A stretch of 64,000 nt of DNA from a virus. Lineage: Duplodnaviria > Caudoviricetes. A program made the position numbers and the translations under genes. The notes beneath the pieces are model-generated. The model was not told the origin of the DNA. It made no database searches and was given only the letters and a program-made list of their open reading frames with translations. Location: positions 1 through 64,000 of IMG/VR virus record IMGVR_UViG_3300033076_001354. One strand, written 5' to 3'. Below are positions 9,366 to 18,718 of the stretch, in pieces (position 1 is the stretch's first letter; each line of letters starts with the position of its first letter).

Positions 9366-9938
9366 ATGAGCATTCCAGTGAATTATGGTCCAATGACCGA
9401 GATACAGATGCAGCCGGACGAAGTCCAGTACATCACCGGCTGCATCAAGAACATGCCCTCAGACGGGCTCATGGTCGAGTGGGGTTCCGGCGGTTCGTCG
9501 GTCAAGTGGCTCGAGACGATGACGGGCGATCAGAAGCTTGTGTCGATCGAACACAACCCAGCTTGGCACATGAAAGTCAGCGAATACATCAACACTCGCC
9601 CAGAACTAAACGCGAGATTCACGTATATGTTTAAGCCTGAGCTCTACGGCTACGAACATGGGTATGCACAAGTGATTGAAGAACACCCCTTCGGTCTCGA
9701 CGAATACATGTGGCCTGCACACCCGCGCATCAAACTGTCAGAAGCAAGCATCTACTTGGTCGACGGTATCGCCCGAGCCACGACATCGCTTCTCGTGAAG
9801 ATGCTTTCGTCGAAAGAAGATCCGGTGATCTTCATCCACGACTACTACGGTGGACGCGAGAACTGGTACGGTTGGGCCTCAAAGCACTTCTTCCGCGTTG
9901 AGAAGGTCGGACACACGCTCGCGAGACTCTACAAATGA
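9366..9938 (+). CDS. SAM-dependent methyltransferase-like protein
   Basis: VEWGSGGSS, SIEH...W, LVDG.AR, FIHD. Confidence 0.7.
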   Translation: MSIPVNYGPMTEIQMQPDEVQYITGCIKNMPSDGLMVEWGSGGSSVKWLETMTGDQKLVSIEHNPAWHMKVSEYINTRPELNARFTYMFKPELYGYEHGYAQVIEEHPFGLDEYMWPAHPRIKLSEASIYLVDGIARATTSLLVKMLSSKEDPVIFIHDYYGGRENWYGWASKHFFRVEKVGHTLARLYK

Positions 9939-10447
9939 AGGTGAACATCGGACGCTATCCTAAGACTCAGAGCAAGAAGCGCATGATCAAAGTGCAGATT
10001 GATCCATGGGACACATGGTCGATGGACTACACCCTTGCGCTCATCGTTCACCCGATGCTCGTTCAACTTCAGGATACGAAGCACGGGTCTCCTTTCGTAG
10101 ACGACGAAGACGTTCCTGAAGAATTGAAGTCGACCTCAGCGCCTGCAAAAGAAAATGAGCACGACACAGACGACAACCACCATAAGAGGTGGGAATGGAT
10201 TCTAGACGAGATGATATGGACGTTCGCCCAGCACATCGACGACGATGCAGACGCTCAGTTCCATTCTGGTAATAGTGACATTCGCTTCGAGAAAATTAAG
10301 ACGCCAGACGGCATCGTGGCTTATGAAATGAAAGAGGGTCCAAACCACACTCACGTATTCGACAAGGAAGGCTGGGATAAGTGGAATGAAAGAAAACAAA
10401 ATGGATTCAGGCTCTTCGGCAAATACTACCAAGCGCTCTGGGACTAA
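9935..10447 (+). CDS. conserved phage hypothetical protein
   Basis: DTWSMD.TLA.I.PML...RW.WILDEMI..F...GF.LFGKYY..LWD pattern, common in large myophages. Confidence 0.7.
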   Translation: MKVNIGRYPKTQSKKRMIKVQIDPWDTWSMDYTLALIVHPMLVQLQDTKHGSPFVDDEDVPEELKSTSAPAKENEHDTDDNHHKRWEWILDEMIWTFAQHIDDDADAQFHSGNSDIRFEKIKTPDGIVAYEMKEGPNHTHVFDKEGWDKWNERKQNGFRLFGKYYQALWD

Positions 10448-10575
10448 CCACAACTACTCCGTCGACGTACTAAAGAAGACGCTCTTTCAAGACGAGCTCG
10501 CTCTGGCGATTTCGAGAAGCGAGCGCGATGAAGTAGTGTTCTACTTGACTAAAAGAATAAGAGAATTGACTGAAT

Positions 10576-11235
10576 CTACGAGTCGATGAACTCGTGATGG
10601 TCTAAGTAGAACTGACCGACTAAGCTCTTGTCCTTCGGCATCATCGGGTCGTCGGGCCCATCCCACCTTGTCGACTTCTTAACCATGAAGTGGATGTTCT
10701 TTGAATGCGCGAGATCACGGGCCTTTTCTATATCTTGTTCATTGAACGAGAATGGAATGTACTGCCACCGAACTCTAACGTCGAATTCCTTCGAGCCCAT
10801 CTCGAGAATCTCGATGACTTGCTCGAAGTCGCTCTCCGTAAAGTTGACCCGATAACCCCCAGCGCTACCATAGTATCCATCAACGGCGAAGCTTACTTGG
10901 TCGTCAATATCGAGCATTGTGAAGAGTTCGCGAAAGAATTCTTTAGATTTACCGGATCCATTGGTAGAGATCCAGACGCTTTTCCCAGCACCTTTGAGAC
11001 GCTTGACTACCTCGAGAAAATTGGGGTGGTATATCGGGTCACCGTAAGAACCGGAGAGGATGATCTTGTCGAAGGAAGAATTGCAGTAGAAGTCGACGAG
11101 CTCCATAGTCATGTCGACGTTCGCGAGCTTCTCCTTCTTCTTCATGATCGTGCGCTCACACTTAGGGCATTCGAGGCGGCATCTAGTGGTAAGCTCGAGG
11201 GCGGCGGTCTTAACCATACTCGACCTCCTGTCCAT
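10576..11235 (-). CDS. radical SAM protein
   Basis: CRLECPKC (CX3CX2C), GDPI, STNGS. Confidence 0.85.
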   Translation of the reverse strand: MDRRSSMVKTAALELTTRCRLECPKCERTIMKKKEKLANVDMTMELVDFYCNSSFDKIILSGSYGDPIYHPNFLEVVKRLKGAGKSVWISTNGSGKSKEFFRELFTMLDIDDQVSFAVDGYYGSAGGYRVNFTESDFEQVIEILEMGSKEFDVRVRWQYIPFSFNEQDIEKARDLAHSKNIHFMVKKSTRWDGPDDPMMPKDKSLVGQFYLDHHEFIDS

Positions 11236-11542
11236 TAGTTATCATGAACGGGTTGTCTTTGCCCGCGTCGACGACCTGCTTCGAGCACTTAAGCTTACAG
11301 AACTTTGGTGCTTCCGACGCGCCCGACTCTATGTCGCCGATCCACTTCAAGAAAGCTGGGTGTTTATGAAACTTTCCGATGTCGGACACAGACTTTATCT
11401 TAAAGTCTTCGCCCGAGAAGATCAACTCGTTGAACCTAGAGTCGTACTGGGGAACGTTGCAGCAGGGAACCCAGTGACCGGTCGCGGTGATCTGGTGCTC
11501 CTCGTCAGTCTTGCATTTTGGAATGATTTGTGTGTTTCGCAT
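11210..11542 (-). CDS. stand-alone SPASM/twitch-like Cys-rich protein
   Basis: PKC...G..VPCC...FCKLKC; directly upstream of the radical SAM gene. Confidence 0.6.
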   Translation of the reverse strand: MRNTQIIPKCKTDEEHQITATGHWVPCCNVPQYDSRFNELIFSGEDFKIKSVSDIGKFHKHPAFLKWIGDIESGASEAPKFCKLKCSKQVVDAGKDNPFMITNGQEVEYG

Positions 11543-11550
11543 AATAACCA

Positions 11551-11579
11551 TTGACATTTGCCACTGAACTATATATATT
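11551..11579 (+). promoter_or_regulatory. sigma70-type promoter
   Basis: TTGACA-17-TATATT. Confidence 0.7.
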
Positions 11580-11598
11580 TAGACTATGGAGGTAGACC

Positions 11599-11856
11599 AT
11601 GGCATACGTAACGACGACTATAGACGTAGAAGTGTATCTCGAAGAGTTCCACGACGACGATCTCATCGATGAGGTCAAAAGCCGCGGGTACGAGGTATAC
11701 AATAAAGGTGAGGTGATAAAGGCGAGAGACGCCGACACAAAGTTCTATGATAAATCGATCAGCGACCTCTACAGCACTTACACAACATGCTCACCTGAGT
11801 TCTTTGACAAAGAGCTAAAGAAGTTCTTCCGCGAACACTTAGACGTGGTCCCATAG
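11599..11856 (+). CDS. hypothetical protein
   Basis: GGAGG RBS; follows the promoter. Confidence 0.75.
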   Translation: MAYVTTTIDVEVYLEEFHDDDLIDEVKSRGYEVYNKGEVIKARDADTKFYDKSISDLYSTYTTCSPEFFDKELKKFFREHLDVVP

Positions 11857-11923
11857 ATCAACCGGATAGATTATCCGCCTTCTAAGCGGAGTGTTGCAGG
11901 TTCGAGTCCTGCTGGGATCGCCA
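11847..11923 (+). tRNA. tRNA-Arg(TCT)
   Basis: GGTCCCA/TGGGATC acceptor stem, TCCGC-CTTCTAA-GCGGA anticodon arm, CCA. Confidence 0.93.
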
Positions 11924-11926
11924 TTT

Positions 11927-12004
11927 GCCCGCGTAGGCCAACAGGTTAGAGTCATCGTGCTTAAACCACGTACAGTGTGGGTTCGAATCCCACCGCGGGT
12001 ACCA
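11927..12004 (+). tRNA. tRNA-Leu(TAA) with short variable loop
   Basis: GCCCGCG/CGCGGGT acceptor stem, loop CTTAAAC, GTTCGAATC T-arm, discriminator A plus CCA. Confidence 0.85.
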
Positions 12005-12017
12005 TTTGGAGAAGTGA

Positions 12018-12671
12018 ATGAGAGCCAACATAGTAGCATACACAAAGTCTGACAGCGCGACGCTGGATGAGTTTATCGCATACGTCGCGAGGGTGTCAAA
12101 CCCATCTAACCAGCACAACACCCAGACTTCAGCGAAGCTGATTAAATACCTGATCGATCACAAGCACTGGTCACCGTTCGAGATGGCACACATCACGATG
12201 GAGATAAACACTACCCGTGATATCGCGCGTCAAATCCTCAGGCACAGGTCGTTCTCGTTTCAAGAGTTCTCGCAAAGATACGCCGATCCCACCGAAGACC
12301 TCGGCTTCGAAACCAGAGAAGCGCGTCTCCAAGATACACGAAATCGCCAGAACTCAATACACACGGACGATGAATCTCTACAACTTCAGTGGCGGCTCAT
12401 GCAGTCCGACGTCATCTCACGATGCGCAGACGTATACGACTGGGCGATTGAAAGTGGAATCGCTAAAGAACAAGCTCGATCCGTTCTTCCCGAGGGTCTC
12501 ACAAAATCTCGGTTATATATGGCTGGCTCTCTGCGTTCTTGGATTCATTATTGCCAGCTTAGAATGAGTATAGAAACCCAGAAGGAACACCGCGAGGTGG
12601 CAACCGACTGTTGGTATGAATTGATTCGCATCTGTCCATCACTCAAGGAATTAGATTTAATCAAGCCATGA
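12018..12671 (+). CDS. thyX: FAD-dependent thymidylate synthase
   Basis: HWSPFE, RHRSFSFQEFSQRY, AKEQARSVLP. Confidence 0.97.
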   Translation: MRANIVAYTKSDSATLDEFIAYVARVSNPSNQHNTQTSAKLIKYLIDHKHWSPFEMAHITMEINTTRDIARQILRHRSFSFQEFSQRYADPTEDLGFETREARLQDTRNRQNSIHTDDESLQLQWRLMQSDVISRCADVYDWAIESGIAKEQARSVLPEGLTKSRLYMAGSLRSWIHYCQLRMSIETQKEHREVATDCWYELIRICPSLKELDLIKP

Positions 12672-13153
12672 TCACGTTTAAGAACACGAAGCTCGTTGAT
12701 AAGCAGTCGGTTAAGTACTGTAGGTCTTTAGCCGAATACACCATGAATAAGTTCTTTACAAAGCAGAAGCAGTCGAGGATGAAGATCAACGTGAGCTTCG
12801 TCAAAGGACTGTACGAGAAAGAACAAAGCTACGCAGACTGCGTCTGGGAAGACGAGCACCGCTTTGGAAACGAATTCTCTATCCGGCTCGATCCGGATCA
12901 AAAAATTAACCTTCTGTTAAATAGCATTGCCCACGAGTTGGTACACGTTAAGCAGTGGGCTAAAGGCGAGTACTACGAGCTGGTACACGAGCCTAAGGTA
13001 TATAAGTTCAACGGAAAGAAAGTCGACACAGGTAAAGTCGACTATTGGGATACGCCGTGGGAGATCGAAGCCCACGGTCGTGCAATCGGGTTGGTCGTAC
13101 AGTGGAAGAGGGACAATAAGATTCCCGCTTCCAATCTTATCGTTGAAGACTGA
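12668..13153 (+). CDS. HEXXH zincin-like protein
   Basis: AHELVHVKQ and PWEIEA. Confidence 0.7.
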   Translation: MITFKNTKLVDKQSVKYCRSLAEYTMNKFFTKQKQSRMKINVSFVKGLYEKEQSYADCVWEDEHRFGNEFSIRLDPDQKINLLLNSIAHELVHVKQWAKGEYYELVHEPKVYKFNGKKVDTGKVDYWDTPWEIEAHGRAIGLVVQWKRDNKIPASNLIVED

Positions 13154-13173
13154 CCCACAACTAGGAGTAAAAC

Positions 13174-13791
13174 ATGAAGAAGTTCATCATCGTCGCGGCT
13201 ATGTTCGCGACAACTGCTGCGTTCGCAACGGACCTTCCTAACAAGAACAAAGCACCCGCTGCGCCTGCAGCTAAAGTAAGCGCCGACAGCTTGACGGTAA
13301 CTTACGGTCAAGACCTCGGTACAAACTTCGGTGCAAAGGTCGACGACGCATACGGTGTTTCGTATAAGCACAGCCTCGGCGCAGGCTTCAGCGTAGGTGC
13401 CGCGGCATCGACGACTCAAGCACCGGGTTCACAACTCAACCAGAACCTTGAAGCCCAAGCCGGCTACGCTCTCCCTGCAATCGCGGGTGTTACGCTTTCC
13501 GGTAAAGCCGGTGTTGGTCAGCGCTTCAGCACGACTAACTTCCCGTACTACGCTTTGTACGGCAACGCCGACTATAAGCTTGGTCCGATCACCATCAACG
13601 CCGTTCAATATCGCTACCGCTCGGCTATCGACTCCGCTGCCAACGGCTACCAGAGTCATCAGATCGGTACAGGCGTCACGTATGACATCAACGAGACTTA
13701 CGCCGTTTCCGCTAAGGTTACTCGCTCGTATGACACATCTTTCAATGCAACCGGCGACGCGGTCACCGGCGGCTTGACGATTAAGTTCTAA
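13174..13791 (+). CDS. outer-membrane beta-barrel protein
   Basis: Signal peptide, ATDLP..KAPAAP linker, alternating aromatic beta-strands, C-terminal Phe. Confidence 0.8.
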   Translation: MKKFIIVAAMFATTAAFATDLPNKNKAPAAPAAKVSADSLTVTYGQDLGTNFGAKVDDAYGVSYKHSLGAGFSVGAAASTTQAPGSQLNQNLEAQAGYALPAIAGVTLSGKAGVGQRFSTTNFPYYALYGNADYKLGPITINAVQYRYRSAIDSAANGYQSHQIGTGVTYDINETYAVSAKVTRSYDTSFNATGDAVTGGLTIKF

Positions 13792-14913
13792 GTGAAGCCC
13801 CTTTGCTACGCACCATTCATCGGTCTGTACGCATCAAATAAAGATGGGTATGCACCTTGCTGCGTATCAAAAAAGTTCGACAGCGCCGGACCGGAGCAAT
13901 TCTGGTCCGGCGAAGTCATGTCTAGGATAAGAAAATCCCTGCTGCTCGGAGAGTTTCCGAACAGCTGCAAGCTATGCGCCAGTAAAGTCGCTAACGGTTT
14001 AAGAAGCGACGTAGACTTCTGGGCGCATGAGTATAAACTCGCGGGTGAGCCTGACATATCTTATCCAACGAAGCCCATCATACTCGACTACCGACCATCC
14101 AACCAGTGCAACCTCAAGTGTAGGATGTGTGGATCGGCTGCGTCGAGCTCGATTGAGAATGAAGTCAAAGCCAACCCTGAGCTTGCTAAGTGGTATGGCA
14201 CGCCTCGGTCTGAACTCAACATCAGCGATAAGATGATCGAGTACGTACATTCTCTCGATCTTCTAAAGGTGAAGATCTTAGGAGGCGAGCCGTCGATCGA
14301 TCCAGGTGTCTGGGACTTTATGTCGGCGATGGCGAATCAAAAGCGCAAGCCGACTCTCAAGATCACCACGAACGGCACGAGCATGAACCCAAAGTTCATA
14401 GAGCTTCTTAGTAAGTTCGATAAACTTGAAGTGACGTTCAGTGTCGACGCGATCGGTGAAACATACGACTACATAAGGACAAACGCACGCTGGAAGAACA
14501 CGGAACGAAACATACTTCAATTCATGTCAACCAGTAGCTGCTCGCTGTTCTTCAACGTTGTGTTGACACCGTTCAACATCTTTTCTTTGAATCCATTGAT
14601 CGATTGGTTCTACGATCTTTGGTTCAGAGGATATAAATTCGGTGTAAACTTCAGCGACTCGGATGACGACATCACCGGTCTTTCGGCGATCTTGATTGTG
14701 CACGTCGACGATGCCATCAACGCCTTAAATATAAACAAGCTTCGGGCCATAGGATCGCTCGAACTCATAAGCATCCTTGAGAAGTCTGAATTCGATGAGT
14801 CCGCCCATGAATCTTTCAAGCGATTCGCGACCGCTCTCGATAGAGTTAGAAAAACAAGATTGACAGATCTAGATTATAGGTTCCATGAGTATATTGAAGA
14901 AGCTCCCGTCTGA
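13792..14913 (+). CDS. twitch-domain radical SAM protein
   Basis: N-terminal C.APF..PCC..CKLC; CNLKCRMC; GGEP; TTNG. Confidence 0.88.
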   Translation: MKPLCYAPFIGLYASNKDGYAPCCVSKKFDSAGPEQFWSGEVMSRIRKSLLLGEFPNSCKLCASKVANGLRSDVDFWAHEYKLAGEPDISYPTKPIILDYRPSNQCNLKCRMCGSAASSSIENEVKANPELAKWYGTPRSELNISDKMIEYVHSLDLLKVKILGGEPSIDPGVWDFMSAMANQKRKPTLKITTNGTSMNPKFIELLSKFDKLEVTFSVDAIGETYDYIRTNARWKNTERNILQFMSTSSCSLFFNVVLTPFNIFSLNPLIDWFYDLWFRGYKFGVNFSDSDDDITGLSAILIVHVDDAINALNINKLRAIGSLELISILEKSEFDESAHESFKRFATALDRVRKTRLTDLDYRFHEYIEEAPV

Positions 14914-16279
14914 TACTTTCTGCATCCTTCCATGGATACACTTGAGCACTCGACCCGACGGCTCGATGAGAGTATGCTGCACTGCAAACGCGTCGTCGGT
15001 GGGTCCTACGAACGATAAAGTTTACGGTGGGCAAGTGGGAATCCTTAAGACCGAAGACGGTAAGCCCAACAACTTAAACGTCTCCGACTTCTTGTCTAGC
15101 TGGAACTCCAGCTACATGAAGAACGTACGCCTGCAGATGCTTGATGGTGAGAAGCCTCCATCGTGCTTGAAGTGCTTCAAGGAAGAAGCGGCCGGCTACG
15201 TAAGCAAGCGCAAGTGGGAGACCGAGTATTGGTCAAAGCGCGTCGACATCGAGCGACTCATCGACAACACAGAGTGGGACGGATCGGTTCCTCCCGAGCT
15301 GGTGTACATCGACCTTCGCTTCGGAACTAAGTGTCAACTGGCATGCGTCATGTGCAGCCCGCACGACAGCTCGGGTTGGATCAAAGATCACCAAGCAATG
15401 TTTCCACAGGTGAAGAACCCCGCCCTCAAGCAGAACATGACGTGGAACAACAAGGGATCATTCAATGGATCATCCTACAACTGGCACAAGAACAATCCAA
15501 AGTTCTGGGATCAATTCTACGAGCAGATACCAAACATGCAGCAGATCTACTTCGCTGGAGGTGAGAGCACCATCATCGAGGAACACTATGATATATTGGA
15601 GAAGTGCATCGAGCTCGGTCACGCCAAAAATCTCGAGATCAGATATAACTCGAACGCCGTTGAGTGGAGAGAAGATCTATTTGATCTATGGAGACAATTC
15701 AAGCTCGTACGGTTTCACTACTCGGTGGATGACATCTTTGCGAGAAATGAGTACATCCGCTATCCGTCAAAGTGGGAGCGCACTCAAGAAGTTTTTCACA
15801 TTCTTGACACGCAGACGCCCGACAACACCGAGGTGACGATCGCCTGCTCCGTACAGTTTCTCAACGCCTACTACATCCCTGAGTTCATCAAATGGAAGCT
15901 TGAGCAGAACTTCCAGAAGATAAACGTCTGGCCTCAGACGGGCGGAGGCGTCAACTTCCACTTCGTCTACCATCCGGCGCACCTCAACGTCAAGGTGCTG
16001 CCGAAGTGGTTCAAGGCCGAGATAAGGAAGAAGTACGAGGAGTTCATCCCTTGGTGGGAGGCGAACTGGAAGCTCGGCGTCAGGAACGATATAACGTTCG
16101 ACGAGTGGCGCAACAATAAGTACGGGATCAAGACGCTGTACAGCATCCTCGACTTCATGGAAGCGGAAGACTGGAGCGTGCGCCTGCCTGAAACCAAAGA
16201 GTTCCTTCAGCTCTGCGACAAGCAGCGCGGCATAAGCTTCGCTGAAACGTTTCCAGAGATGCGCGATGTCTTTAATTAA
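14885..16279 (+). CDS. twitch-domain radical SAM protein
   Basis: CILPW..VCC..CLKC; CQLACVMC; AGGE. Confidence 0.9.
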   Translation: MSILKKLPSDTFCILPWIHLSTRPDGSMRVCCTANASSVGPTNDKVYGGQVGILKTEDGKPNNLNVSDFLSSWNSSYMKNVRLQMLDGEKPPSCLKCFKEEAAGYVSKRKWETEYWSKRVDIERLIDNTEWDGSVPPELVYIDLRFGTKCQLACVMCSPHDSSGWIKDHQAMFPQVKNPALKQNMTWNNKGSFNGSSYNWHKNNPKFWDQFYEQIPNMQQIYFAGGESTIIEEHYDILEKCIELGHAKNLEIRYNSNAVEWREDLFDLWRQFKLVRFHYSVDDIFARNEYIRYPSKWERTQEVFHILDTQTPDNTEVTIACSVQFLNAYYIPEFIKWKLEQNFQKINVWPQTGGGVNFHFVYHPAHLNVKVLPKWFKAEIRKKYEEFIPWWEANWKLGVRNDITFDEWRNNKYGIKTLYSILDFMEAEDWSVRLPETKEFLQLCDKQRGISFAETFPEMRDVFN

Positions 16280-17096
16280 AGACGCGATAAGGCAGTACAA
16301 CGAGTTTTGGACTGGAGACGTCGACCCCGAATTCTATGAGTTTGGCGGGCTTCCCATACCATTATCATTCTCATGGAAAAGAATATGCGTCAACCTGTCG
16401 GGAGGCGCTGACAGCGCGCTTCTTATGTCTGCGCTGTGTAAAGTCATACGCGACAACGGATTGAGCACGAAAGTCGACGCGATAAGCTTCATCAGGTGCT
16501 GGAACAATAGACCATGGCAGCCGTTCATAGGCGAGGCCGTGTTTGAGAAGATCAAGTCGATGTTTCCAGACGTCGTCGGAACTCAGCACAAACCCTTCAT
16601 AGCACCTGAGCTCGAGCACGCGGCCATAGGCTTCTTGACGGAAGACAACAAGAGCGCGTCGTCGATAACCACGAGAAGCTTCAACGACTTTCACTGCTTC
16701 TACAACGAAGACGTCGGCGCGGTGTTTCACGGCAGGACCAAGAACGCGAGGGACCTGCAAGACCATCCATGGAGGATGCAGGTCAGGGATGATCCTCGAG
16801 AAGAAGACATGGTCGAGCGACTGGAGTACTCGGAGAAGTATGTGTTCAGGCCACTTCTGTTGGTCGAGAAAGACTGGGTCGTGGATCAGTACATACAAAA
16901 TGACTGGCTCGACTTGTTCGACACGACTCGAAGCTGCGAGACGAACATCGAAGAGTTTAAGAAGGGATGGCGATACAAGGCCGACGAGCCCATCGCCGAG
17001 TGTGGTGTCTGCTACTGGTGCGTGGAAAGAAAGTGGTCTCTAAAGAAGACTTTTGGGTCTACCCTTACTTTTGAGGAAGTTATAAATAAAGAATAA
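16266..17096 (+). CDS. QueC-like PP-loop ATPase
   Basis: LSGGADS PP-loop; TRSC...CGVCYWC.ER zinc site. Confidence 0.75.
   Translation: MSLIKDAIRQYNEFWTGDVDPEFYEFGGLPIPLSFSWKRICVNLSGGADSALLMSALCKVIRDNGLSTKVDAISFIRCWNNRPWQPFIGEAVFEKIKSMFPDVVGTQHKPFIAPELEHAAIGFLTEDNKSASSITTRSFNDFHCFYNEDVGAVFHGRTKNARDLQDHPWRMQVRDDPREEDMVERLEYSEKYVFRPLLLVEKDWVVDQYIQNDWLDLFDTTRSCETNIEEFKKGWRYKADEPIAECGVCYWCVERKWSLKKTFGSTLTFEEVINKE
17081..17088 (+). promoter_or_regulatory. T4-type late promoter TATAAATA
   Basis: Exact consensus before the His-rich gene block. Confidence 0.75.
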
Positions 17097-17117
17097 AAAG
17101 AAACTGGGGACCCAGAT

Positions 17118-18071
17118 ATGCTTACATTCTTTGACTTCATGCTCGAAAGAGCTTCCTACGACGACGCCAAACACAACACCGCCTATGGGGCAGCCTACGA
17201 AACGGGCACCGTACTTCACGTCCACAACAACACGGCGGCGAAAGACAACAAAGATCCTGAGTATCAGGCAAAGATCCAAAAAGTCAAGGACGACCATGAG
17301 AAGGCGATGGCGTCTATACCAGAGCACCTTAGGCACAGAGCAAAGGCCGCGGCCGAAGCGTCCGGAAGCGCCTACATGAAGAGCCTTAAAGACAACCACG
17401 GGTACGACGCTGAACACATACATGAAGTCCATCACACTGCGGCCGGCATCGGTGAGCACTTGGGCAAGAAGGTAGACAGGGCGGCCAACCCACACGACCT
17501 AGTCATCAAGGGTTCTAAAGGCGGTAAGAAATTCATACACGGCGCTTCTCTTAAAGCTAGGGCCGGCACCGCGTCTAATAATCCCGTCGGTTCTTTCGAT
17601 AGAAATTCTGGCTTGAATACAAACGTCGCCGGTGTTTGGGCTCAACACAAGAAGATGAGCAACCTGCACACTAAGTCAAACAAAGAGATAAAGACTGTAA
17701 GGCATGAGCCTGAAGTCGTAAAGGCGAACAAAGAAGCTCAGAACGCGTCCGCGGCCCACCACATCGAAGCTTTCGGTAAAGCTTCACTCGACGCACAGAA
17801 GCATCACCTCAAGCACATGCTCAAGCTTAATAAGCCTGATCTAGAATACGACTACGTCAAGGGCGAGGGCAAGGGCTCAGCGGTACCAAGGGAAAAGATG
17901 CCTCACGCGAAAGCCATCGACAGCGCAAAGAGCTTCAAGGTCACTCCGGCGGGCAATCGCTTTCACGTGCACGATGAGAAGGGTAACCACATAGCTACGT
18001 TTGAGCACAGGCCGACACACGGATCGTTCGTGAGCCCACAAGTAAACGCCAAGTTCGGTGCGATGAAATGA
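17118..18071 (+). CDS. His-rich protein with possible PD-(D/E)xK nuclease-like core; putative internal head protein
   Basis: MLTFFDFMLE N-terminus; NPHDLVI...GASLK. Confidence 0.5.
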   Translation: MLTFFDFMLERASYDDAKHNTAYGAAYETGTVLHVHNNTAAKDNKDPEYQAKIQKVKDDHEKAMASIPEHLRHRAKAAAEASGSAYMKSLKDNHGYDAEHIHEVHHTAAGIGEHLGKKVDRAANPHDLVIKGSKGGKKFIHGASLKARAGTASNNPVGSFDRNSGLNTNVAGVWAQHKKMSNLHTKSNKEIKTVRHEPEVVKANKEAQNASAAHHIEAFGKASLDAQKHHLKHMLKLNKPDLEYDYVKGEGKGSAVPREKMPHAKAIDSAKSFKVTPAGNRFHVHDEKGNHIATFEHRPTHGSFVSPQVNAKFGAMK

Positions 18072-18718
18072 AGACATTCTCAGACTTTCTCACCGAACAG
18101 GCCGGCGCCAAGCTCAAGCACCTCGAGCATCCTGAAGACAACGCCGTCACCTCGGCAGCTGGGTTCACACACGCTTTCCACGCGCTTCACGACGTTCACA
18201 AGGCGTTGAAGGGTCAGAAGAGCACGTCGCACGTTACTACAAAGCTCGACGGTTCTCCATCGATTGTCTTTGGTCGCCATCCGCAGAGCGGCAAGTTCTT
18301 TGTAGCGTCGAAGTCGGCGTTCAATAAGAACCCAAAGATCAACTACAGCCACGAAGACATCGATCGCAACCACGGTCACTCTCCGGGACTCGCGCACAAG
18401 CTGAAGCAGGCTTTGGATCACCTTCCTAAGGTCACTCCTAAAAAGGGCGTCTATCAGGGCGACTTCATGCACTCACACGACGATAGGCACGAGACCGACA
18501 CACACGTTCACTTTAAGCCAAACACCATCAGTTACTCGATTAAGAAGAGCTCGCCCGAGGGTCAGAAGGCGGTTAAGTCAAAGATCGGCGTCGCGGTTCA
18601 CACGAAGTACGAGGGAAGCAGCCTCGAGGATATGCACGCGACTCCGCACGTTGACCATGAAAACTTCAAGCAGCACAAAGACGTACATATGATCTCGCCG
18701 GAGGCTAAGCTGAAATGA
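18068..18718 (+). CDS. DUF6267-like (KxDG ligase-like) protein, N-terminal part
   Basis: KHLEHPED, TTKLDGSPSIVFG, FFVASKSAFNKNPK, YQGDF, FKPNTI. Confidence 0.65.
   Translation: MKTFSDFLTEQAGAKLKHLEHPEDNAVTSAAGFTHAFHALHDVHKALKGQKSTSHVTTKLDGSPSIVFGRHPQSGKFFVASKSAFNKNPKINYSHEDIDRNHGHSPGLAHKLKQALDHLPKVTPKKGVYQGDFMHSHDDRHETDTHVHFKPNTISYSIKKSSPEGQKAVKSKIGVAVHTKYEGSSLEDMHATPHVDHENFKQHKDVHMISPEAKLK

Noticed and set aside
10386-10589. 67 aa ORF after the conserved hypothetical gene
   Set aside because: Start unclear and overlaps both neighbours; may be real but is unsupported
16266-17096. Canonical queC for 7-deazaguanine DNA modification
   Set aside because: Only the PP-loop and zinc motifs match; no folE, queD or dpdA in the window, so the gene symbol is withheld (the rest of the genome is unseen)
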